Assembly (NCBI RefSeq): GCF_036971445.1
Contig: NC_091469.1
Location: 54,126,001-54,190,000, forward strand
Direction: 5' to 3'
DNA length: 64,000 bases
Source of the DNA: Narcine bancroftii
Taxonomy: Eukaryota
Shown here in pieces: positions 1 to 12,469 of this stretch. Each line of letters opens with the position of its first letter. The first letter of the stretch is position 1. The notes beneath the pieces were generated by a model. The model made no database searches. It was not told the DNA's origin and saw nothing but the letters and a program-made list of their open reading frames with translations. A program made the translations under genes and the position numbers.

Positions 1-43
1 ATGAACCAATCTGGTATTCATTCCAGCAGTGAATATCTCTTCA

Positions 44-1309
44 TCAGGGCTCCCCCCATGTACCCACAGCCTCAAACGTCCTGCATACAAGGCAGAGGCC
101 AGGGCCTGCTGACAAATTTCTGCTATACCCTCCTCTGAGGTTCTCCAATTGTTTTGCAAATGTAAATCTCAATCTATTGGTGATGGGGTATACTCGTAGC
201 AGGGCATCCCCTAGAGTAGTAAGTAAGTAATCCATCTCTCTCCCTCTACCCCGCAGCTCAGCAGTGACTCTGATATCAGTAGACAATGTTCCTAATCCCA
301 ACAATTCCTCAGGGGTTAAAAATACATTACACTCCCCCCCCCCACCCCCCCTTGTTTCCAGACATGCAGGAGCCAGGCTGCCAGAGTTTCTCCTGCCTTT
401 TGCCTAAATCGATCTCCAATGGCAGCCAGCTCTTTTACAGAGAAGTCACGTATCATTGATTGCTTCTGACCCCTGTTCCCACATTGGCCCACAGGGCCCT
501 CCACCCAGTCTAGGGGAGGAGGTCGAGGCCATCTAGTAGAGGGAGTAGGCCATAGAGCATAAGCAGGGGTTTGGGTATTTTCCCCTGGGTCCACATGGGA
601 GTCCGGGGTATCTATCCCTTCAATCTCGACCCTTACATCATCCCCCCCTTCCGTCTGTTTGGGAAATCTGCTGCCTTATAGGGCGGGCGTGAACAGCAGG
701 TAGAGAGGGTAGTATGTTAGACACATGCTGAGGAGAATCTGCATTATTACCATTGTCATTCCAGATATTCCCATCACAATCCTCAATTACATCAGGATCG
801 TCACCATTCCTTATCATGGCACGAATACGATATGGATCGGGTTCTACTCCATGCCTTTCCTTATCTTCACAGAGCTGCTGCCGGAGTTTAATATTACGGC
901 AGATCGTTTGGACATGCTTATCTTCCCATTCTTTGCCTCTGTCCTGACTGGTACGAACAATCTCGCTCATCATGGAACAGTGTTATCGCATGGCTTCTAG
1001 CTCCTCCTCTAATTGCTTTCTCTTGCGCTGAGATTCTACTTCTCTTTGAACTGATTCTGCTTCATGCTGAATGGAGTAGCATAAGGCTGTGGCCAGCAAC
1101 CAAAAACTATCCGTCAGCGTCCCCTTTTTATCAGGAAATTTACTTTCTCGAAGGAGAGTGGCAACCCGCTCTCCCAGAGGTACACTTGATTGGTCTAACT
1201 TCTCATCCCAACTAATGGGTGGTCCCAACAAAGACAGGGTATTGGCCAACATGCCAAACCCATCGTCTTTGGAAGTCCATCCAGGAATCAAGAACTGCTC
1301 AGGGCTCAC
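44..1309 (-). pseudogene. gag: Decayed gag of a class III (ERV-S/ERV-L-like) endogenous retrovirus; element continues off the left edge
   Basis: Successive broken minus-strand ORFs (983-1309, 638-973, 316-594, 44-304) directly downstream of a PBS. The motif FRQKAGETLAAWLLHVWKQGG resembles ERV-L/S gag capsid. Confidence 0.7.
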
Positions 1310-1340
1310 CTCTTTCTTTCAGCGAAACATCTTGAGACCA

Positions 1341-1358
1341 ACCCTGCTCGCTGAGCCA
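1341..1358 (-). promoter_or_regulatory. Primer-binding site complementary to tRNA-Ser
   Basis: Plus strand ACCCTGCTCGCTGAGCCA matches the 3' end of vertebrate tRNA-Ser(UGA) (ACCCTGCTCGCTGCGCCA, 1 mismatch) and lies 2 nt from the LTR end. Confidence 0.85.
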
Positions 1359-1360
1359 AT

Positions 1361-2123
1361 TGTCTTGGGTAAACTTATACCTCTCATTTTGTTCATTTTA
1401 GATTGGTCACAGTGTTTGAGCTACCGAAAGAAAATAGACACACACACCGAGAGCAGTTCAGTTTATACAAATGTTTATTACAAATTCAAAAGCTGATTTC
1501 ACACTACAATATGCAAGCCCTTCCCAACTATACTTATCAATGCTTGAACTGGTCCCAACTGCCGAGCGAGGCAACGACTGCACACTTGTAGTAGGTTGTC
1601 AGGGCGCCAGTAGCAGCTTCTCCACCTCCCCTGACCGGGACGTTGCTCAGACTCTGGCTGTTCTTCCTTCTTGACAAGGGGTGTTCCAACCGCTCGGAGA
1701 GTCTAAACTTCAGTAGCAGGACCACAGGCTTATATACCCCAAAAACAATTTATCATGCACCTACTCCTTCTAACATTTGTCAGCCAAAATCAAAACTGAA
1801 CATACTATTCTACAATTTAGAAGATTAATTATTATGGAACCAGGATGTTATGATTTCCTGGTTTATCTCGTAGATACAAAGACTTATTAAAACTTCTCGA
1901 GCAAGACAGGTTGTGACCAATTCATCAATTTCAGAGTGTTGCATTTGACAACTGCTTTCCCTGGGCCTCACAGTGGAATTCCATTTCTTCAGATAAATCC
2001 CCATGGCTGAGTTTAATTACATCTGCTAGTTCTGAAAGTAAGGTGACCTGAGTGTGAACCCAGTGTCGTCAGTTCCACATAAGCAAAAAGCATCTGGGAC
2101 CATGGTTTTAATCCTCCATTACA
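1361..2123 (-). mobile_element. 5' LTR of the ERV (~760 bp)
   Basis: TGT...ACA termini, adjacent to the PBS. Minus-strand TATATAA near 1730 and AATAAA near 1475. Confidence 0.75.
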
Positions 2124-3602
2124 CCAGAATCACAGTGCGACTTTCGCGCAAACAGAGGAACCACTGACATGGTCTTTGCCCTCAGACAGCTCCAAGAAAA
2201 GTGCAGAGAACAAAACAAAGGACTCTACATCACCTTTGTTGACCTCACCAAAGCCTTCGACACCGTGAGCAGGAAAGGGCTTTGGCAAATACTAGAGCGC
2301 ATCGGATGTCCCCCAAAGTTCCTCAACATGATTATCCAACTGCACGAAAACCAACAAGGTCGGGTCAGATACAGCAATGAGCTCTCTGAACCCTTCTCCA
2401 TTAACAATGGCGTGAAGCAAGGCTGTGTTCTCGCACCAACCCTCTTTTCAATCTTCTTCAGCATGATGCTGAACCAAGCCATGAAAGACCCCAACAATGA
2501 AGACGCTGTTTACATCCGGTACCACACGGATGGCAGTCTCTTCAATCTGAGGCACCTGCAAGCTCACACCAAGACACAAGAGAAACTTGTCCGTGAACTA
2601 CTCTTTGCAGATGATGCCGCTTTAGTTGCCCATTCAGAGCCAGCTCTTCAGCGCTTGACGTCCTGCTTTGCGGAAACTGCCAAAATGTTTGGCCTGGAAG
2701 TCAGCCTGAAGAAAACTGAGGTCCTCCATCAGCCAGCTCCCCACCATGACTACCAGCACCCCCACATCTCCATCGGGCACACAAAACTCAAAACGGTCAA
2801 CCAGTTTACCTATCTCGGCTGCACCATTTCATCAGATGCAAGGATCGACAATGAGATAGACAACAGACTCGCCAAGGCAAATAGCGCCTTTGGAAGACTA
2901 CACAAAAGAGTCTGGAAAAACAACCAACTGAAAAACCTCACAAAGATTAGCGTATACAGAGCCGTTGTCATACCCACACTCCTGTTCGGCTCCGAATCAT
3001 GGGTCCTCTACCGGCACCACCTACGGCTCCTAGAACGCTTCCACCAGCGTTGTCTCCGCTCCATCCTCAACATCCATTGGAGCGCTTACACCCCTAACGT
3101 CGAGGTACTCGAGATGGCAGAGGTCGACAGCATCGAGTCCACGCTGCTGAAGATCCAGCTGCGCTGGATGGGTCACGTCTCCAGAATGGAGGACCATCGC
3201 CTTCCCAAGATCGTATTATATGGCGAGCTCTCCACTGGCCACCGTGACAGAGGTGCACCAAAGAAAAGGTACAAGGACTGCCTAAAGAAATCTCTTGGTG
3301 CCATCCACATTGACCACCGCCAGTGGGCTGATAACGCCTCAAACCGTGCATCTTGTCGCCTCACAGTTTGGCGGGCAGCAGCCTCCTTTGAAGAAGACCG
3401 CAGAGCCCACCTCACTGACAAAAGGCAAAGGAGGAAAAACCCAACACCCAACCCCAACCAACCAATTTTCCCTTGCAACCGCTGCAATCGTGTCTGCCTG
3501 TCCCGCATCGGACTTGTCAGCCACAAACGAGCCTGCAGCTGACGTGGACTTTTTACCCCCTCCATAAATCTTCGTCCGCGAAGCCAAGCCAAAGAAAGAA
3601 AA
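2124..3602 (+). mobile_element. RTE-clade LINE, 5'-truncated, young; RT ORF 2169-3542 open
   Basis: RT motifs FVDLTKAFD, GVKQGCVLAP and LLFADD; C-terminal CNRC..H...C finger; short 3' UTR ending GCCAAGCCAAAGAAAGAA. Confidence 0.95.
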
Positions 3603-4029
3603 ACACCTACCAATCCCATCTTTCCATGTTAGTGGCTGAGAGGTGCTGGCAGGTGTCCCCTCAGAAAGTCCACTAGGTCAGAAGGCTAAATGGAGTCCTC
3701 CACCTTTCTTCATCATCAAAATAAGCCTTGATTCTTTTTTTCTTCTTGTCTTCCTGTCAGGTTGCAGAAGTCATTGCTATTGCATTTTCTTTTTTTGGAG
3801 GCATCATAGAGGTAGGGTAAGAAGGTTTAAAAGCACTTTAAAAATGTTTTCAAACTTTAAACAGTGTTTTTTTAAATGTTTAAAACTAATTTCCCAAGGG
3901 AGTCAGGAGCCAATGTGTCAATCCTATAGCATCAAGTGACTTGACTTGCATTGACATACGTCCTTGAGATTTTTTTTCCTGTGGACCAATCAGAGAAAAT
4001 AACAAGATTTCCCCATAGAGCCAAAAAGA

Positions 4030-6450
4030 ACCATAGAATGATATAACACTACAGCACAGAAACAGACCCATTCAGCCTTTCTAGTCAGTTCCAAATCATC
4101 TTTTCCTTGTCCCACTGACCTGCACCCAGTCCATAGTCCTCCATATCTCTCCCATCCATGTACTGGATGAAATTCTTCTTAAATGTTAAAAATGAGCCCA
4201 CATTCACCACCTCAGCAGGCAGCTCATTCAACACTCCCACAAATGTCTGTGAAAATGTTCCCCTTACATTCCCCCTAATTTTTTTCCCTTTCACTCAACC
4301 CATGACATTTGGTTTGTATCTCACCTACCCTCATTGAAAACTGCCTATCTATATTTACTCTGTCTATCCCCCTCATAGATTTAAATACCTCTATCAAATC
4401 TCCCCTCATTCTTCTACACATCAGGAACTAAATTCCAAAACTGTTTAACCTTTCCCTGTAACTCAGTTCCTGAAGTCTGAGAACATCCTAGTAAATCTTC
4501 TCTGCACTCTTTCTATCTTATTGACATCTTTACTGTAGTTAGATGACAAAAACTGCAAACAAAACTCCAAATTTGGCCTCACAAATGTCTTATACAACTT
4601 TACCATAACATCCCAACTCCGATACTCAATACATTGATTTATGAAAGCCAATATGCCAAATGTTCTCTTTACAACCCTATACACCTGTGACACTTTAAGG
4701 GAATTATGTATTTGTATTCCCAGATCGTTCAGTTCTACTACATTGCCCTACCATTCACCATGGATCTCCTCTCTTAGTTTTTCCTTCCAAAATGCAACAC
4801 CTCACATTTGTCTGCATTAAATTCCATCTGTCATTTTCCAGCTGGTCCAATCCCTCTGCAAGCTTTAAAAACCTTCTTCATTGTCCACAATGCATCCAAT
4901 TTTAGTGTCATCTGCAAACTTACTGATCTAATTTACCACATTATCATCCAAATCATTGATTCAGATGACAAACATCAATGGTCCCAGCACTGATCCCTGA
5001 GGCACATCACTAGTCACAGGCCTCCAGTCTGAGAAGTAATCATCCACCACTACACTCTAGCTTCTCCTGTCCAGCCATTGTCAAATCCATGTCACTACTT
5101 CACTATGAATACCTGGCATCTGAACCCTCCTGACTAACCTCCCATGTTGGACCTTGTAAAAGGCCTTACTAAAGTCCATGTAGACAACATCCACAGCCTT
5201 TCCTTTGTCAGCTTTCCTGGTTACCTCCTCAGGAATCTCTCTAAGATTGATTAAATATGACCTACCATGCACAAAGCCAAGTTAATTATCCTCAATCAGT
5301 TTCTGGCTATTCTAATAATTGTTTATCTGCTCTCTTAGAACACCTTCTAAATAATTTACCTATTACTGACGTCAGGCTCACAGGGCAACTTTCAGAGCCT
5401 TTTTTAAATGACAGAACAATGTGAGCTACCTTCTAATCCTCCGGCACCTCATCCATAGCTAAGGCCTTTTTAAATATTTCTCCCAGAGCCCCTGAAATTT
5501 CTACACTAGACTCCCTCAAGGACTGAGGAAATATCTTGTCAAGCACTGGGGATTCATCAATTTATTTGCATTAATGCAGGAAGCACTTCCTCCTCTTTAA
5601 TCTGTATAGGTTCCATGACCTCACTGGTTGTTTACCTTACTTCACATGATTCTGTGCCCATTTCCTTATCTCTTTTGGCTCCATAAAAAGACGACCACTC
5701 TGATCTTCAAGGAGTACAATTTTGTTCCTTACTATCCTTTTGCTCTTAATATACCTGTAAAAACCCGAAATATTTTTCTTCACATTGTTTGCCAAAACAA
5801 CCTCAGCTTTTTTTCCTTCCTGATTTCTTTCTTGATACTTTTCTTGTATTTTTAATACTCCTCAAATACCTCATTTGTTCCATGTTGCCTATACCTGTCT
5901 TACACCCCTCCTTCCAAACCAGATCCCCAATATCCCTCAGAAACCAATATTCCCTATGCCTTCAACTTTGCTTTTGATCCTGATAGGAACATACAAACTT
6001 AGTACTCTCAAAATTTCACTTCCCTCGTACATCTGTTCCAGAAAACAACTTATCCCAATCCACCAATTTTAAATCCTTTCTCATTTCGTAATTGGCCTTT
6101 TTCAAATTTAGAATCTCATCCTGAGACTCAGACCTAACCTTCTCCATAATTAACTTAAAACTAAGGGCATTATGATCATTGGACCCAAAATATATCCCTA
6201 CACACATTTCTGTCACATGTCCTGTCTCGTTCCCTAAAAGGAGATCCAGTAGTGCACTCTCCCTAGTTGGTACCTCCATATGTTGATTTAGAAAACTTAC
6301 CTGAAAACATTTGACAAACTCCAAGCCATCCAACCCCTTTACAGTATGGGAGTCCCAGTCAATATGTGGAAAATTAAAATCTCCAACTATCACAACCTTA
6401 TGTTTCCTGCAGCTGTCTGCTATCTCTCTACAGATTTTCTGCTCCATAGA
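4030..6450 (-). mobile_element. CR1 LINE, decayed
   Basis: IVGDFNFPHIDW endonuclease; VDVVYMDFSKAF RT; LVRPNLEF and IERVQRRFTRM C-terminal motifs; typical CR1 3' end near 4030-4130. Confidence 0.9.
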
Positions 6451-6813
6451 CATTAATAAATAAACAAAGCAGAATTAACGGCAGTACAGTAAAAAAAAAG
6501 TTCTATAGATCTATTTGTATGTGGCAAATAATCAAAATGCCCAAAACCATGAGGACACAAATTAATTAGAGGCATTTACATGTTTTTCCCTAATTAATTT
6601 ACAATACCATAATATTTTTTTATTTTAAATGGACATCCAATTAACATTTAGAATTATAAATTTTTACACTCTCTCATTCTTCTTGAGATTATGGTAATTT
6701 GGGAATTTATTATTGGGCCCAGGCAGGTAGGTGATCTCTGATGTATTGGCAATAACTTTTTCACACCGCCAGAAAACAAGAGGGTAAACCAGGAAATTTA
6801 ACCAGTTACTCAC

Positions 6814-6894
6814 CCAGGATATGCACGGGGTGAAACAGTCATACCAGGCACCGCTGGCCAAAATCGACCGGGCTTCAAGATTTAGGTCAGGCAT
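6814..6894 (-). CDS. Candidate first coding exon of an unidentified host gene (MPDLNLEARSILASGAWYDCFTPCISW)
   Basis: Sequence not recognisable as a repeat; ACTATG start context; ends at a strong donor TGG|GTGAGT (6808-6813); CpGs retained; TGATGTCA and AGAGGAAG motifs 80-125 bp upstream. Product not recognised. Confidence 0.35.
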
Positions 6895-7988
6895 AGTCTT
6901 GGAGCCTAGCCAAGTTCACCCACAAATCCCCTTGCAGAGGTCTGAATCAACAAATGGTTTACTGGAAGGCTTTGTGACATCAGTACCTGTGTGCCTGTGT
7001 CACATAGGAAATCTTCCTCTTCTTTTTCATCGAGGAATCCATGTCCAATACTTGTCAATTTTGACAAGTTTAAATAACAGTCAATGCCCCTGTCCCCACC
7101 TTGATATGTTAACATCTGTCCTGTGCAATGGTGATGTGAACAGATGTGTAATTAATTGTCGTTTACTGTGCAAACATTTCATACATAAAGGTTTTGTTTT
7201 AACCCCATTTATGAATTCTGGTTTCATTTGAGAATGGGGCGTGTTGGCACAAATATCTAGAGGATTGGGCGAATATTGGAAAACTATTTGAAATTTCAGT
7301 GTAAAAACAAGTTCTGAAGCTATGACATCAATGCTTGTGTTGACAAAGTTGTCAGAATTCCTAATAAGCACCAGTACAAACCGATGCATAGCTAAGGATT
7401 CCGCTTTAACAATCTTATTCCAACTTGATATTTTGGATATTGAACAAGACTGTCTTGTGCAGCACAGTCAACAAAATAAAATAGCATGAAAGTATAAATG
7501 TACGCTCTTATAGTTTTGCCTTGCACAGTATGTAATGTCATTTATAAAATAAAATGACAATACGTTCAAAAATGCAAGCATTTGTTCTCAGTGTAACTTT
7601 TCAATGAAAGACATCTAACCAATTTTGATAACTGGAAATTCTTGTCCGTCACCTTGTCAACGTCAGGAGATGATGCAGGAGTGTTGCTTATAATCATTAA
7701 GTTTATGCATCTTCATTGACAGAAGCATTGAAGCTTGTGTGGATAATTCTTCTTTATTAAAGGCAATATTAAAGAATTGTTATAACGTCGACAGGTGTTA
7801 CCCAGTTTTAGCATTTGAGGCTCCTTGTGTTGAAAGAAACTAACATAAGTCGGAAAATGCATAAAACTTTCTAAAAGTTCATGGAATAACATGGTTAGAA
7901 GGTAAACTTTCCAGTTACAGAGGATTTATTTGAGATGCGGGCAAGTGGCAACTTTCCACAGTTTGCTCTCTGGTATCGGGATTGGAAT

Positions 7989-8315
7989 TCTTTGGCTTGG
8001 CTTCGGGGATGAAGATTTATGGAGGGGTATGTCCACGTCTGCTGCAAGCTCGTTGGTGACTGACAAGTCCGATGCAGGACAGGCAGGCACGGTTGCAGCG
8101 GTTGCAAGGGAAAATTGGTGGGTTGGGGTTGGGTGTTGGGTTTTTCCTCCTTTGTCTTTTGTCAGTGAGGTGGGCTCTGCAGTCTTCTTCAAAGGAGGTT
8201 GCAGCCCGTCGAACTGTGAAGCACCAAGATGCACGGTTTGAGGCGAGATCAGCCCACTGGCGGTGGTCAATGTGGCAGGCACCAAGAAATTTCTCTAAGC
8301 AGTCCTTGTACCTCT
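7989..8315 (-). mobile_element. RTE LINE 3' fragment flanked by a ~75-bp direct duplication
   Basis: Homologous to ~3265-3595. Flanks 7914-7988 and 8316-8389 are direct repeats. Confidence 0.9.
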
Positions 8316-9729
8316 GTTACAGAGGATTTATTTGAGATGCGGACAAGTGGCAACTTTCCACACTTTTCTCTCTGTATCGGGATTGGAATAGTAAAGATAC
8401 AAAACAGTTATTATTACTCACTGCTTTAATTGGGTCATTCCCATTGTAAAACAATTTATCAAAACAAAATGTCTCCTGTTTGATCCCTTGTTTTATTTTT
8501 GGATGCAGGATCACAATCTCAGCTGATTGGTTGAATTCCCCTTTTTGTATTCAAAAAGAACTTGCCAAAACCAGTTTGATGAAGGTAAATCCCAACTGCT
8601 TTGCTAATTATACATGCCAGCGAGTATAACTATTCACATTCTGTGCAAAGATCAATAACCAACTTGTAAGAGTATTCGCAGAGATTATCACAATTAATAT
8701 TGCTACAATATTATGACTGTGTGTGGTAATGGTTGGGTGAAAGGAGAATATACAGTGACATTTTAATTAAGGTTTGATGGGCTGATGGTAAATTGCTACA
8801 ATAAGAAGCACAACTTTAACCAGTATAATACTTTGCCAACTTTATTTCACTGAGGCATCAATAAGTCAGAATGCAGTCATATTCAAAAAAGGAAAACAGG
8901 TAAATTGTTTTTTTTCCAAATTTTATTGATGCAACTTCACTGAGATATGATAAATTCTCACATTTCCCTACTCCCCAACTCTGCTATTCCCCCAAGAGAT
9001 CACTTATTTGAATTATTAAACTAAATACTCATTGAAATACCTTATTCTCAATAATATCTGTGCGTGTATTACTTTAACATTTAGCATGCTATTTAAAGAT
9101 TCTCAGAACTATAGTAGATATTACCATCAAGGTTGAAATGTATATTTAAGCTGTGAATTTGTTTTATTTCATCTTTAAAAGTGAGATGTTGTCTAAAACA
9201 ATCTTAACATTTTAATAAATTCTGCAAATTTACAAATCACGGATTTTAAGTTTTAATTGAATCCAAGTATTGTGAGATCCATTTCCCATTCAGCAGCGGC
9301 TTGTAAATGTGAGTTTCCAAGGAGATGGAGGAGACATCGGGGTAGGGGTGAGCCATGATCGGTGTTTCAGGACAACGAACAGGTCAAATTTATTTAACAT
9401 CATGAAACAAGTGCGTTAAAGTCTATGCTTTATTAACAGTTCCTTCATCACTCTATATCATGCCGCAAATGTCATGACTACTTATTTCTTCCTCCTAAAG
9501 GCTCCCATACAACTGAGTGATTCATTAATTTATCCCACCCAAAACTTCTACCATGCAATTCCAACGATAATCAGGAACCCCCCCCCCCGCTTAAAATACC
9601 CTTTTGCTGATTCTTCAGATAACTAAGGATACGGTGTGAAAGATCTTGCAGGTGGAGCTTTCCCAGGAACTTCATCCGAGTCCCAGGAGGGTCACCTACA
9701 TTCAGCAGTGTGAAATCGCCTAATATCAG

Positions 9730-9905
9730 TGGAACCCTTCATCAGGAATACTTGATTGAAGGATTAAAGCCTGATTGACATTCTTGATGAAGGGTTCTGG
9801 CCCAAAATGTCGACTGCCTATAACTTTCCATGGATGTCACGTGATCTGCTAAGTTCCTCCCCATTTCTCTTTGATGCTCTCGTTCCCCAGCATGTGCAGA
9901 CTCGT
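9730..9905 (+). repeat. Penelope-like terminal repeat remnant with degenerate hammerhead-like core
   Basis: TTGATGAAGGGTTCTGGCCCAAAATGTCGAC...GATCTGCTAAGTTCCTCC, with an inverted partial copy at 9733-9746. Related copies near 19690-19795, 24710-24890, 25280-25470, 34100-34290 and 58335-58470. Confidence 0.55.
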
Positions 9906-10371
9906 TTACCAAAATTACAGTTTAGATTTTTTTTTCATCTTCCTCATTAATAATTTTACTTTTAGAATATTTATGCAGGCTTTTCTTTTTTTAATGTAGT
10001 GTCATATAATTATATTTAAATTTTAACTGTCATTACCTTGATTATATATAAGGTCAGCCTTGGTTTATTTGAAGCATTTTAGTCTTAGTCCTGAGTTCAA
10101 GGCCACTCCCCCATCCCAGAAATGCAGCTGACACTTGACATATTGGAGGATCTGTTAAATATGCAAATATGTTGTCTTTCTAATAACATGTTAAGCCATT
10201 AAGTCAATAGGTAAAGATTTCTAATACAATTTGAATGTAAAGTTGGAGGATTTATTGTAAGATTTGCATGAAAAAATATTCCTTCAGTAACTTCATGATA
10301 AATAAACTGCTAAAACAATTGAATCAAATTCCTGATTAGCAATCAAAAATTCAGCCCCATGTGTAAAGGTT

Positions 10372-11464
10372 TGTTATGGGCCCAAAGGACCCCAAAATCC
10401 AGCAGCAATAGATATTCACCAAGACAAATGGTTATTTAAACAAAAGTTGGTTTTAATTATCTTAAAACATGAAAACAGAATCACACTTTCTTTGGCTTGG
10501 CTTCGCGGACGAAGATTTATGGAGGGGGTAAAAAGTCCACGTCAGCTGCAGGCTCGTTTGTGGCTGACAAGTCCGATGCGGGACAGGCAGACACGGTTGC
10601 AGCGGTTGCAGGGGAAAATTGGTTGGTTGGGGTTGGGTGTTGGGTTTTTCCTCCTTTGCCTTTTGTCAGTGAGGTGGGCTCTGCGGTCTTCTTCAAAGGA
10701 GGTTGCTGCCAAACTGTGAGGCGCCAAGATGCACGGTTTGAGGCGTTATCAGCCCACTGGCGGTGGTCAATGTGGCAGGCACCAAGAGATTTCTTTAGGC
10801 AGTCCTTGTACCTTTTCTTTGGTGCACCTCTGTCACGGTGGCCAGTGGAGAGCTCGCCATATAACACGATCTTGGGAAGGCGATGGTCCTCCATTCTGGA
10901 GACGTGACCCATCCAGCTTTAACTTATCACTATTGACCTAACTAACCTATCTTAACCCCCTTCTGATTCTAAGTGCACATGTATGCAATGTGTGTGTAAG
11001 TTCAGAAAAGTTCTTTGATTCACAGTCCAATCTCACTTCTCATTCCTCCAAGTTCACTGGTTGTAGGCAATTCTTATACTGTGCACAGAATTTAATATTT
11101 ATAAGGTTCACCAGGCTTTGGTGCTTGAAAAGTAAATGGTTAGCACGCAGGAAGGTTCTTGTTGGTTTTCTGAGAAAGATTTGTTGTACGATGGACACCC
11201 AGGCACTTCAGTGTCTTGCCGAAGAAACTTGTCCCCTCAAGGTTTCCAGATGATAACATCTTTCTTTCACGTCACCACAGAGATCCTTTTTATTTTTCTT
11301 ATTCCAAGTGAAACATTAAAGAGCCTCTTGCATGAACCACAAGGGCTTTGATGAGGCTGAACTAAGAACTCACAACATGTTTTCCAAATAGGTTTCTCCA
11401 CAAGCTTGCCAGCTTGTCCTGTTCTAGTCCTAGCTGCTGCTGTTGACTGTTTCACTATAGATCT

Positions 11465-11534
<70 letters not shown>

Positions 11535-11824
11535 AGAAAAAGCCTGTTTTACTTTCTCTGCTTGCCAAACCATATGATCCTCCCAAATGTCTGAGGCTCT
11601 GACAAACTCTTTCAAATGTTGCCTTTTTGTAAACAGCAATCCATTAGTGAAGTCCCTTAGGCACACTCCAAAGCTCTTGAAAAAGCTTTGAGGCCTCGAC
11701 ATGTCTAGTATTAGCAGAGCTCCAGTATTTTAAATAAGATCTTTTTTAATGTGTTTGCATGAGACACAAACTAACAAACCCTGCACCAATTTATCGCCCA
11801 AAACCATATCTATATTCTGTCACA
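10372..11824 (-). mobile_element. Solo LTR (gypsy, Gmr1-like family), interrupted by an RTE
   Basis: TGT...ACA ends; 4-bp TSD GGTT (10368-10371 / 11825-11828); reverse-complement homologue of 53788-54868; internal (CT)n(CA)n at ~11468-11532. Confidence 0.85.
10489..10917 (-). mobile_element. RTE LINE 3' fragment inserted in the solo LTR
   Basis: Near-identical to ~3160-3597. LTR sequence resumes at ~10918, as judged against the 54.7-kb copy. Confidence 0.92.
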
Positions 11825-12469
11825 GGTTAAAACCTTGTGTTTTTGATTCTTAGTTAATTTTGTGCCTATCTCTTTAAGGGGACTGTTGTTTATAGTGTTA
11901 CCATCATAATATCTGCCCAGACTAACGGCTTTCTCATTATACTACAAGATGTGAAGGAAGCGTGTGCACGAGAAATTTTTCTTTGAATTTTTGTATCTCT
12001 TTTAGCTTTTGTGTATCTACATAATTTTGTATTCCTATATATCTTTGTATCTTATACAGTAAATGCTTTGTTATTCATTGTTATGAAAGTCTTGTTGTGA
12101 AGCTATGGAAAATGTTTATTTGTTCTATCAACAAATTCAAACTACATAAAGTAATAGCCGCCGAGTTTGATTTGTTGGATTAAAGAGATCAAACGCTTTG
12201 GAAGATAATACTCTGAAATTAGGATATACTAGAATAAAGAATGTGTTGTCCATACCATGCTTGGACCAATGAGGCTCTATTTGTGTCACCACAAATATCT
12301 GTGACCTAAATTCTCAAGTCCTTTTATGACAAAAGGTTTAAATATTGTTTTAACTGATTAATCATAACAATTAAACAATCACAATATGGTACACCATGTC
12401 ATTTAAATGGAAACTATTAATTGGGAGATGTTTATGATGTTATCTTTTTTTCATAAGAGAAAAGGACCT

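Noticed and set aside
3094-3676. Overlapping antisense and alternative-frame ORFs repeated at each RTE copy
   Set aside because: By-products of the GC-rich RTE sequence, with no independent coding evidence.
7086-7103. Minus-strand GGGACAGGGGC resembling the conserved TRBD1 core, preceded by a heptamer-like CAAGGTG
   Set aside because: No nonamer at 12 bp on the 5' side and no CAC heptamer on the 3' side; most likely chance.
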